Source: Candidatus Rokubacteria bacterium RIFCSPLOWO2_02_FULL_73_56 (GTDB lineage Bacteria; Methylomirabilota; Methylomirabilia; Rokubacteriales; CSP1-6). Taken from it: 64,000 nucleotides of DNA. Of this stretch, positions 34,201 through 46,200 are shown piece by piece. The translations under genes and the position numbers were made by a program. How positions within the stretch are numbered: the first letter of the stretch is position 1; each line of letters opens with the position of its first letter. Location of the stretch: contig MGCF01000114.1 of assembly GCA_001788495.1 (NCBI GenBank), positions 1,074 to 65,073 on the forward strand, written 5' to 3'. The notes beneath the pieces were generated by a model. The model made no database searches, was not told where the DNA came from, and was given only the letters and a program-made list of their open reading frames with translations.

Positions 34201-37200
34201 GAACACGTAGGTGGTGCCCTGCTGGCGGAGCAGCAGCGGCGCCTGCGTGCTGTCGAGCGCGACCTGGCCCGAGAAGGTCCCGGTCAGCGTGAACTCGGGA
34301 TCGAGGTCCACGACCGACGCCGCGTCGAGCGTCGTCCCGACCGGCACCACGATGGCGACGTCGAGGTAGCCGCGGTCGTTCAGCTCGCGCGCGCCGCTGA
34401 CGCCGCCGTCGGCGGGCCCCACGAGGTCGGCGGTCGGGCCGAGGACCGTGAAGCCCTCCGTCTCGCCCAGGTTCGTGTCGCCGGCCAGGGTCGCGAACGC
34501 GCCGCCCTGGAACACGACGCCGACCGCGCCCGTGCCGAAGTCGCCGAGCAGGAAGTAGCGGTAGCGGCCGCCGCCCAGGGCGAGCGGCGACTGCGCGTCG
34601 AACGCGACGCCGGCCGCCGCCGCGCCACCGAAGGTGAACTCGCCGCCGTCGATGGTGGCCGGGTCCAGCGTGCCGCCCACCGTCGGCTGGAACGTGACGT
34701 CGACGTACGTCCGCTCGTTGGTGTGGGTCGGCTTCTGCGCGGGATCGGGGTCGTTCAGGTTGCGCGTGGCCACCGCGCCGGCCGGGTCGAAGATCGACCA
34801 CGTGCCGCGGTCGAAGGTGGCGGTGACCGCGCCCGTGCTCGCGAACTCGCCGAGGATGCGGTAGCGGACGGTCGTGCCGTCGCCGAGCACCCGCGGCGCC
34901 ACCGTCGTGTCGATCGCCACCGACCCGAGGCCGGCGCCGCCCAGCGTGAACTCGCCGAAGTCCGCGAGCGTGGCCGGGTCGAGCTGGAAGCCCGCGGCCA
35001 CCGGGAACGGAATGTCGATCGACACGCCGAAGTGCATGAACGCGCGGTCCAGGACCACGTCGCCCAGCGTGATCGTGACGTCCGGCCCGGCCGGGTCCGT
35101 CGTGATCACGGACGTCGCGGTCTCGATCACCGACCACGTGCCGCGCGTGAAGGTCGCGGTGACGGCGCCGGTGGCCGCGAAGGCGCCCGCGATCCGGTAG
35201 CGCACGGTGCGCCCGTCGGGCAAGAGCTCGGGCGCCACGCCGGGGTCGACGGCCACCGTGCCGAGGCCGGCGCCGCCCAGCACGAACTCGCTCACCGCGA
35301 GCGGCGAGCCGGAGAAGGCCAGCGACGTGACGTCGAGGTGGAAGCCGGTCGCGACGTCCGGGAACGGCACGTCGATGGCGATCGGCACGTCCTCGATCAC
35401 GATGAAGCCGGCATTCGGGTCGTCCACGTCGCCGAGCGTCACCGTGACGTCGTCGCCCTCGGCGTCCAGCAGCGACCAGCTGCCGGCGATGAACGTGGCG
35501 ACCACCGCGCCGGCCTGGAGCGCCTGGGTCAGCGTGTAGCGGTACGTGCTGCCGCCGACCGGCGTCGGCGCGGCGCCCGTCAGCGCGGCGCTGCCGGCGC
35601 CGGGGCCGCCCAGCGTGAACTCCGGCGCCGCGTCCAGGATCGAGGCCGGGTCGAGGGCCAGCCCGCTCGGGTGGGCCGGGAACGTCACGTCCACGAAGTC
35701 CACGCGCTCGTCGCCGGTGAAGCTCAGCACCGGCGCGCCGCTGTCGTCCGCGATCAGCGACAGGGCGCCGGGCGTGAAGCTCACGATCACGTCGCCGGCC
35801 ACGAGCGCCTGGCTCAGCGTGTACCGGTAGATCGGCGAGGCCGCCGTCCCGCCCGGCTGGAGCACCGGCGTGCCGGTGACGGTCGAGCCGCCCAGCCCCG
35901 CGCCGCTCAGGGCGAACTCCGGCTCGGCGTCGGTGACCGTGCCCGCGTCGACCGCGAGCCCGCTCGGGTGCTCGGGCAGCTGCACGTCGACGAAGGCGTC
36001 GCCCGCGTGGTCGCCGAGGTTGGCGGAGGCCGGCTCGAGCACCGGGTCGATCAGCGACCAGGTGCCGGTCGTGAAGGTCACCGTCAGCTCCCCTTCCGCC
36101 AGCGGCTGCGTCAGCGCGTAGCGGAACGTCGTCCCGCCGCGGTACTCCGGCGTGCCGGTGATCGAGGCGCCGCCGGAGAGCGCGTCGCCGCTCAGCACGA
36201 ACTCGTCGCCGGGGTCGGTGACGGACGCCACGTCCATCACGAGCCCGCCGGGCGGCGTCGGGAACGTGATGTCCACGTACGACGCGAGCGGCGCCTGGCC
36301 CAGGTTCTGCGTCATCAGCGGGCCGGCCGGGTCGACGAACGACCAGGCGCCGTCCAGGAACTCGACCGTCACCACGGTGGCGATGAAGGCCGGATCGGCG
36401 TCGCCGGTGCTGCCGAGCGTCGCCGTGAACGGCGAGCCCGAGTCCACCGAGGCGTCGCCGACCGCGTCGAGGACCGACCAGGTGCCGCGGGTGAACTCGG
36501 CGGTCACCGCGCCCGTCGGGGCGAAGGCGCCGGTGATCCGGTAGCGGACCGTCGTGCCGTCCGCCAGCACCACGGGCGCGGTGCCGTGGTCGATGGCCAC
36601 CGTGCCGAGCCCGGCGCCGCCGAGCGTGAGCTCGTCGAAGTCCGCCAGCGAGGTCGGGTCGAGCGTGAAGCCCGCGGCGACGGGGAACGGCACGTCGATC
36701 ATCACCGCGTCGCCGAGGCCCAGGCCGTCGCCGGCGATCGGGTACCGGACGTCGCCGGTCTGGGTGACGGACGGCGTGCGGGTCGGATCGGCCTGGACCG
36801 TCTTCGCGGCGAACGACCAGGCGGACGGCGTGAACGTCACCGTCGCGAGCGTGCCGGCGGGGATGGGGCTGGTCGTGGTCACCTCGAACCGGAACGTCCT
36901 CGGGCCCACCTGGCTCGGCGGCTGCGCGGTGAGCGTGGCGCCGCCCGACACCGCGATGCCCGGGTCGCCGTCGAGGATCGAGCGCGGGTCGAGGAGGAAG
37001 CCGGCCGGCACGCGGAAGTCCACGTCGATGGTGCCGCGGGTCGTCTGGCCGGAGAGCGCCGTCACCAGCGGCGAGGCGCCCGCCGCCGCCGTGGAGTCCG
37101 CCTGCGACCAGCTGCCGGGGACGAGGACGACCACCAGGTCGCCGTCGGCGAAGGCGCCCGCGACCACGTCGTAGGTGAACGTGGCGCCCGTCGTGTGCAC

Positions 37201-40200
37201 CGGCGCGCCGAGGACGGCCGTCCCGAGGCCGGCGCCGCCCGGCGTGAACTCGGCCGCGGCGTCCGTCACCGAGCCCGGGTCGATCGCGTGGCCGCCGGTG
37301 GGGAACGTGACCGACAGCGTCGTCTGCCCGGACGTCACCGGGATCGTCTGCACCGCCTGGCCGTAGGCCGGGTCGGTCGCGAGCGTCAGCACGAACTCGG
37401 GCGCCGCGTCGGCGATGGACGCCGGGTCGATCGTGAAGCCGGCCGGCGCCGCCGGGAACGTCACGTTCAGGAAGAGCGGCTCGGCCAGGTCCGCCACGAG
37501 GTCCGGCGCGGCCACCGTGCCCGGCAGGGCGCGGTACGCCCAGGTCGCCGGCAGGAACGTGAGCGAGACGTCGTCGCCCGCGAACGTGCCGCCGAGCCAG
37601 TACCGGACCTGGCGCGCGCCCTCGTGCAGGACCACGGGCGCCTGCCGCGTGTCGAGCACGACGTCGCCCAGGCCCGGGCCGCCCAGCCGGAACTCCGCCC
37701 CGAAGTCCGTGATGGACTCGAAGTCGAGCACGAAGCCCTGCGGGGGCGCCGGGAAGGTGACGTCGAGGTAGTTGCGCCCGTTCAGCGCCGAGACGTCGAT
37801 GCCCGAGCCGTTGGCCGGGTCCGTCGTGTTGGCGGTCGCGCCCTCGACGCGCACGCTCAGGTCGTCCACCGTGTCGAGGCCCACGTTGCCGCGGCTGTCG
37901 CGCCAGCCGGCGCCGGTGCCCGCGTCGAAGGCCAGGAAGTCGACCACCACCGTGCCGGGCGCCCAGGCGACGGCCGCCGCGTCCGCGCGGTAGCGGAAGC
38001 GGTTCACGCCCTCGTTGGTCAGGCGGACGAAGAAGTCGGCGTCGCTCTCGCCGCCGTTCTTGGCCACCACCGTCGGCACCAGGACGCCGGTCGTCTCGTC
38101 GGGCACCATGGCGATCGGCACCGGCGTGCCGCCGAAGTGCAGCGGGCCGCCCGTCGCCGCCGCCGCCACCGTGAACTCGTCGCCCGCGTCCAGGATCGAC
38201 GCGTAGTCGAGGCCGCTGCCGGGCGGCGCCGAGAACTGGACGTCGAGGTAGAGCGGCCGCGGGGTGGCCACCGTGAGGTCGCGATCGGCGTCGAGGACGG
38301 CGACGTCCACGGCCGTCCGGCCGTTGAACGGCGCGCTGACCGTCGCCCGCGGCGCCACCACCGTGAACCGCCCCTCGCTGGCCGCGCTCGGGCCCGCGCT
38401 GTCGCGCCAGCTCCCCAGCGGGAAGGCGACGATGACCTCGCCCAGCGCGAAGTCGCCCTCGAGGTAGTAGCGGAACACGTTCGTGCCGGGCAGCCGGGTC
38501 GGCGCCACCGACGCGATCGTGACCCCCGTGCCGCCCGCCCCGCCCAGCGTGAAGTCGTCGGTGCCCAGCGTCGCCGTGTCCACCGTCCGGTTGGCCGTCG
38601 GCGCCAGCAGCACGTCGATGTAGCCGCGCGAGATCGTCGCCGAGCTCACCACGGTCGGCACGCTCGGGTTCGGCACCGGGTCGCCGGTCGCCAGCTCGAT
38701 CGCCACCCAGCTCGTGTCCACCGGCGTCAGGGTCACGTTGCCGCTCGCGTTCTGGCCGATCACCCAGTACCGGAACGTGTGCGTGACGTCGTCGATGAGG
38801 ATGGGCGACTGGCCCGGGTCGAGGCTCAGGCTGCCGCCCGCCGACGCCACGTCGAACTCCCGGCCGAGGTCGGTGATCGAGGCCTCGTCCAGGCGGTGGC
38901 CGCTCGGCACGCCGAACGTGACGTCGAGGGAGCCGCGTCCGTTCAGCTCGCCGATGGCGATGCCGTCGCCGCTCCGCGGGCCGGCCAGGCTGGCCGTCGG
39001 GGTGAGCGGTGGCAGGTCGGGCACCGCGAACGCGACCTCTTCGCCCGAGGCGTTGCGGAAGCCCATCTTCAGGCGGCCGTCGATGGTGAGGATGCGGACC
39101 TGGTCCGGGATGTCGGCCAGGAAGAGCACGGTCACGTCGCCGCTCGACACCCGCGACAGGTCGGCGTAGAGGCGCCCGCTCACGCTGATCTGGTCGGCGG
39201 CGAAGTTCAGGGTCCCGATGATGAGGAACTTGCCGTCGGTGCTGATCTTGATCGTCACCTGGCCGTTGAAGAGCTGCTGGGAGGTGTAGATCGAGAAGAT
39301 CTTGGCCGAGCCGGTGATGGTCATGGGCGCCGTGAACGCCGCCAGGAAGCCGTTCATCGACGGGTTGGCCTTCACGATCAGGTACTGCGCGGCCACCTGG
39401 GCCTTCACCGTGGACAGCCAGTTGTCCACGCTCACGTTGGCGGGCAGCGCGAAGTCGGGGCCGCGCAGCTGCTCGGGCTGGTCGATCGACGGCAGCGTCT
39501 TGAAGAACTCCACGCCGGCCGTGAAGTCGTTCATGGAGAGGCCGGTGTTGGGCTCGAGCAGGATGCCGGTCGGCAGGCTGGCCGACAGGAACACCGTGAG
39601 CGGGCCGAGCTCGGACAGCGCGAAGCGGATGTTCACGCCGATCGAGCCCGCGATCTTGAAGCCGCCCTCGACGCCCACGAAGAACACGCGGTCGGCCACC
39701 GGCGTGGTCGTGTCGATCGGCTCGATGATCCGGCCGCCCGCGTCGAGCTTCAGGATGCCGCCGATCAGCGTGGCGCTCAGCTCGCCGCCGAACACGTTGC
39801 CCTTCACGGACACGCCGATGGCCGCGATGTCCACGATCGGGAACTCGCCGCGGAGCAGCTTGCCGACGTCGATCTTGACGCCGTCGATCGAGCCGGAGAA
39901 CTCCACGCCGGCCATGCCCTGGATGCCCGTCACGCTCGCCGACAGCGTCAGCACGAAGTTGGCCGGGTCGGCCTGGATGTCCGGCCACTCGATGCCGATG
40001 GCGGTGATGCGGACCGGCAGCCAGCTCGGCCACTTGAAGCTGTCGCCGCTCGCCCCGCCCACCGAGAGGAACACGCCGAAGCCCGGCCGCGTCTGGAACG
40101 AGCCGTCACCGAGGAAGGCGAAGTTCCGCGCCTCGCCCGCGATGACGACGCTGCCCACCTTCACCTCGGCGCCGACCGACTGGAAGCTGACCAGCGGCTC

Positions 40201-43200
40201 GTCGTCCGCGGCGCCCGTGTCGATGCTGAAGCCGCGCGCGGTCAGCGTGAGGAACGAGCCGAGCGTGATCCGCATCGTGTCGGCGTCGAAGCGGAACGCC
40301 GAGACCCTGCCATCCTCGAACTCGAGGGTGGCTCGCATCGCCTCGGTGTCCGGCCGGCCCGGCAGGTCGGTCGGCTCGGAGCCCACGCGGTCGCTGATCG
40401 TCGCCGAGATCGGGCGGCCCGGCAGGAACCGCACGCCGCCCGTCGCGAAGAAGATGTTGCCGTCGAAGTCCACCGCCTGGCCGAAGGTCACGCCGAAGTT
40501 CTGGACGCCGATCCTGAGATCGTCGAACTCCAGGATCGAGCCGAACTTGATGCCCGCCCCGGCGCCCGGCCCGCCCGGCCGCCACGTCAGCTCCGCCTCG
40601 CCCAGCCGGAAGCCGTTGTCGTAGACGACGAGGCCGGGGATGCGACGGTCGTCGGCCGGGTTGTTCGGCGTGTCGTTGTCGTCGGTGAACGGCTCGATGG
40701 AGCCCGTCACGCCGAACGACGGGAACGTGATGGCCGCCGCGTTGACGACCACCAGCTCCTGCGGCTTGCCGCCGTGGTCGGCGGCCTTGTAGGCCGGGTC
40801 GTAGGCGATCCGGATGCCCGAGCCCGTCACCCGCACGACGTTCGGGACGAGGACCTCGAGGGTCGCGATGCTGAGGCTGAACTTGCCCGGCACCTCGAAG
40901 GCCGCGAGGAGCCCGGCCGGATCGCTGATCGCCTGCACCGCCTTCATGACGTCGATCTGGACGTCGAAGGTGCCCAGGATGCCGGTGAGCACCGCCGAGA
41001 TCCCGCTGTTGCTCTGCCCGGCCGCCGCCGACGTGCCGCCGAAGCCCAGGCTGGCCGTGTTCACCTCGATGGCCACCGTCAGCGTGAGCTTGCCGCCCTT
41101 GAAGGACGTGCCGGCCAGGCTGATGGACGGGCCCTCGAGGGAGAGCGGCCCGAGGCTGATCGCGTTGCTCGCCGTCGCGGCCGCCTGCGTGTCGCTGGCG
41201 ATCGTGAAGGCGGCCACGGCGCGGCCGGCGTCCACGAACGTGCTGGGGCCGGTCTGCACGCGCCAGGACGGCGTCGGCGTCACCACGCCCACCACCAGCG
41301 CCGGGAACTCGATGGTGACGGCGCCGTTCACCCACATCTGGTTGGTCGCGACGCTGGCCTTCGGCGTCAGGAAATACCGGAACGTCGTCGCGTTGAGCTG
41401 CAGCGGATCCGGCGTGCCGGTGACGTAGCCGTTGGTCAGGTCGAGGTTGGCGGCGCCGGGGCCGGAGATGCGGATCTCGTCGCCGTCGATCCCGACCAGC
41501 GCGCCGGCCACGCCGGGCACGAACGTCACGTCGATGTACGGCCGCGCCGTCAGCGTGCGGAGGTCCGCCACCACGCCGTTCTGCGGGCTGGCGAGCGTCG
41601 CGACCGGGACCGGCGGCGGCGTCGGGGCCGGGCCGCTCGGCGGCGCCGGCGGGAGCACCACCACCGAGAACTGCTCGATCTCGCTCTGGTTGCTGGCGCC
41701 GCGGGTGTCGCGGAACGAGCCGGCCAGGAACTGGACCTCGACGGTGTCGTACGGGTCGAGCGGGTCGTCCGCGAAGGCGCCGGTGAAGCGGTAGCGGAAC
41801 AGGTTCGGGTTGTTCGGATCCGGCTGCTCGGCGGCGCCGTTGACGTCCACGCCCGCCGCCGCCGCGCCGACCAGCAGGAACTCCGGCGTGTCGTCGGTGA
41901 TCGAGTCGGCGTCCAGCCCCACCCGGTTGACGTCGTTGAACAGGACGTCGATGGAGCCGCGCGCGTTCAGCGTGGCGCGGTCGATCGCCTGCATCGTGAA
42001 CGGCGACTTGAGGTCGGCCGTCGGCGGCCGCAGCGAGGTCGTGGGCGGCGCCGTCGTGAGGCCGACCGTGTCGAAGATCTCGAAGCCGTTGACCCGGATG
42101 TCCTGCAGCTGGAAGCCCGCGCCGCCGCCGATCGCGAAGCGGGCCGAGCCCTTGAGGCTGAAGACCTCCTGGATCGAGCCGTCGATCGGGATGCTGATGG
42201 CGATCTCGGCGTCCGGGATGTCCACGTCGAGCCGCCCGTTCGGCAGCCGGGTGAACCGCACCGTGCCGCTGATGGTCACCAGGTCGGCCGCGCTGACCAC
42301 GAGCTTCGCGCCCGGCGTCACCACGCCCTGCTCGTTGACGCCGGCCTCGAAGACCTCGATCGCCGCGCCGGTGGCGAACGGCATCGTGATGGTGTTGACG
42401 CCCGGCTCGCCCGGCTCGTCCACCTGGCCGTTGCCGTTGTTGTCCACGCCGTCGTCGGGCAGCGAGACGGCGTCGGTCACCGGGCGCCCGGTCTGGTTGA
42501 TGAGCACGCGCAGCGTGCCCGTCACCGTGAGCGGGTCGAGGCCGACCAGGCCCGCGCGGCCGTAGGCGAAGAGCGCGAAGGTGTCGTCGGTCTGGTTGGC
42601 CTCGTCGTTGAGGAACTTGACGACGCCGACCTTGGCCTGGGTGACCAGGATCCCGATCGCGTCCGGGTTGACCGAGTCGTCGGCGAGCCGGTAGGGCCCC
42701 AGCCCGAGGAAGATCTCGACGTCGGCGGCGCCGTAGAAGAACTTGTCCTTCACGTCGTCGCCGTCGGTGTCCTGGCTGATCACCGTGAAGTCACCGGTCA
42801 GGCTCAGGAAGTCGCCGAACGAGATGCTCACGTCCGTGAGGCTCAGCGCGAAGGTCTCCCGGGCGACCTGGACGCGGATCGCCTGGCCGGCCACCGTGAC
42901 CGTCTCGTTGACGTCCTGGCTCGTGGTGTTGATGCCGAGCGTGACGTCGCTGCCGACCTGCAGGAAGTCGCCGGGCGTCTGGATGTCGAAGGTGCCCCGG
43001 AACACGCCCGCCACGCCGCCCGAGTTGGCCACGCCCACCGTCGCCGGCGTGATGATGAGCGCGCCCTGCCCGTCGGTCAGCTCGACGCTGCCGAGGAGAC
43101 CGCCGTCGAACAGGACGTGGACGTCGGTGGCGGCGACGCGCACGACCTTCGGCGCCGCCGGGCCGACCCCGAGCGTGATCTGCTCGAACTGGAAGTTGCC

Positions 43201-46200
43201 CTCGAGCGTGAAGGCGGTGCCGCCCACGTAGATCACGAGGTCCACGTCGGTGGCCGTCAGCCGGAAGTACGGGCCGGCCGGCAGCGTGAGCACGGCGGGC
43301 TCGCCGGCCTCGTCCACGGTGCCGTCGTGGTCGTCGTCCTGCCCGTTGGCGTCGAGACCCGGGATCGCGAACGTCTCGTTCACCGCCGTGGCCGCCGTGT
43401 TGATGGCGACGCCGAGGTCCACGTTGGTGAGCGCCACGCCGAAGGTCGTGTCGCCCAGGCTGAAGCCGAGGCCCGTGAGGGTGAACTCGGCGGCCACGCC
43501 CGCGTTGTTGACGAAGATCAGGCCGTTCGGCGTCTGGATGCCCGGGGTCGCGCGGTCGGCCGCCGAGCCCGTCTGCAGGCTGAACACCGGCGGGTCGCCG
43601 AGCGAGAAGTCGAGGTCGCCGACGGCGATCTTGATGGCCGTGGTGCCGTTCGGGCGCGTCGCCTGCTCGAAGAAGATGTCGGCGGCGATGCTCACGCCCG
43701 TGACGCCCAGGGTCACCCGGCCGCTGGCGCGCAGCAGGCGCTGGTCGAAGGCCAGCGGCATCGACGAGGCCGGGCCGGTCGGGACGACCAGGAAGCCGTC
43801 CGGCGAGCCGTTGGCGTCGGCGTCGAACTTCGTGAGGTCCACCACCGGCACCGGCGTCCCGGGCGCGGCCGCCGAGTCGCTCGAGCCGTTGACCTCGACC
43901 GTCATGCCCGTCGCCGAGAGCGTGACGCCGGTCACTCCGACCAGCTCGACCGAGCCGGTGGCCCTGAGCGCGTAGAAGCTGCGGGTGGCCGGCGTGGCCG
44001 AGACCGGCTTCATGAGGGCCAGGCCGAACTCGACGTCGCTGAGCGTGACGCCGATGGCGCCCGCGGTGGCCGGCGTGTCGGCGCCGTCGATCACGCCGTC
44101 GCCGTTCTCGTCCACCCAGTACGGGCCGCCCATGCCCACGAACGCGTTGACGTTGCTCGCGCCGATCTTGAGCAGGCTCACGCGCGTGGTGCCGGGCACG
44201 CCGACCAGCGTCGCGTCCAGCTCCCAGCCTTTCTCGAAGGCGAAGGCGCCGCTGACGTGGACGAACTCGCCGATGGTGAGGGTCACGAAGCCGGTGGCGC
44301 GCACGAAGCGGCCGGTGAAGGCGAGGAAGATCTGGTCGGCCGGGGCGGGGCCGGTGCGGACGCTGAGGCCGCTCGGCCCGAAGGTGGTGACGAAGTTGAC
44401 GGGGGCCGGGATCGAGCCGGGAGGCCCGCGCGACTCGTTGATCTCGATCGTGAGCTGCTGGACCGACACCGTGAGGCCCTGGATCCCGACCAGCTCGACC
44501 GAGCCCACGGCCTTGAGGGCGAAGAAGCTGACGAGCCGGTCGGCCGGGGCCACGATGGCCGGGGCGCCGGGGGCGCCGGGCGAGGTCGGCTTCATGAGCG
44601 CCAGGCCGAACGAGTCCACGGTGACGGCCAGCCCCATGGCGCCGTCGGCGGCCGGCGTGTCGGCGCCGGTGATCAGGCCGTCAGCATTGCTGTCCACCCA
44701 GTACGGGCCGCCGACGCCCACGAAGGCGCGCACGTTGCTGGCGCCGAGCGTCATCAGCGTCACGTCGCGGTGCGTGCCGTCGGCCAGCGTCACGTTCCGG
44801 GTCGCCCCCTGCTCGAAGGCGAAGCTCCCCGTGACGAACACGAACTGGTCGATCTGGATCGTGACCGAGCCCGACGCGCGGAGCAGCCGGCCCGAGAAGG
44901 CGAGATCGATCACGGGCGCCGGGGCCGGGCCGGTCGCGATGCCGAGCTTGCCGCCCGGCAGCCGCGTGAAGTCCACCACCGGGATCAGCACGCCCGGGGT
45001 GGCGCTGTCGCTGGCGCTGTTGACCTCGACCTGCAGCGTGCCCGCGAGCGTGAAGCCCTCGATGCCGACCAGGGAGGCGCTGCCCCGCGCCTTGAGCGCG
45101 AAGTAGCTCCTGGTCGAGGCCGGCGCCGGCGCCGTCACCACCGGCCGCATCAGGGCCAGGCCGAACTCCACGTTCTGCAGCGCCACGCCGAGCGCGCCGT
45201 TGGCGCCCGGATCGTCGGCGCCGTCGAAGCGGCCGTCGCCGTTCTCGTCCGGGTCGCCGATGCCCACGAAGATGTTGATGCCGCTGCCGCCGATCCTGAG
45301 CGCCGACACGCGCGTGGTCGCGGTCGCGCCCACCGGCGTCACGAAGAGGTCGGCGCCCTTCTCGAAGGCGAAGTTCCCGCTGACGTAGACGAAGCCGTCG
45401 ATCTGCACCGTGGCCGACGCGAACAGGCGGAGCAGCGGGCCGTTCATCGCGAAGGTCACCGCGCTCGGGCCCGTGCCCACGACGAGGTCGTCGCCGAAGG
45501 CGCCGGCGTCGGCGAAGCGGAGCGCTGTCGCCCAGTCGAGCGGGGCCGGCGGCGTGGGCGTGCCCGAGGACTGGTTGATCTCGATCTGGAGCGTGTGCGC
45601 CGTCAGCGTGAAGCCGTCGACGCCGACGAGACCGGCGCCCGCGATCGTCGAGGACACCGCCAGCCAGGACCGCGGGTCGGCCGGCCCGACCGCCGGCAGC
45701 GCCGGCTTGAGGATCGCGACGGCCAGCGTGCCGTGGTCGATCGCGAAGCCCACGCCGTTGACGCCGAGGAACAGCTCGTGGCCGTCGTCGTTCGGGTTGA
45801 TCTCGAGGAACAGCGTCGTGAGCGTCGCGTTGTCCAGGTCGAGCGTGCCGTTGCCGTCGAGGTCCACGTCCACCGTGCGCGTCTCGAAGGCGAACCCGAT
45901 CTGGCCCGACACGAAGCCGAACAGGTCGATCTCGGCCAGGCCGGAGGCGCGCAGCACGTCGCCCGTGAAGGCGATCGGGTGGTCGACGCCGTCCACGTCC
46001 TCGACGATGAGGTCGTCGGGGCCGTCCTGGCCGAAGACGGCGTCGCCGTTCAGGTCGAGCGCGGTCGTCCAGTCGAGCCCGGGGATGGTGCCGGCGGTCG
46101 TCGAGCCGCGGTTGATCTCGACGGTCAGCTCGACCAGCGTCAGCGTCAGGCCCTCCACGCCGACGAAGCCGCCGTCCTCGATCTCGGCCGTCAGCGCCAG

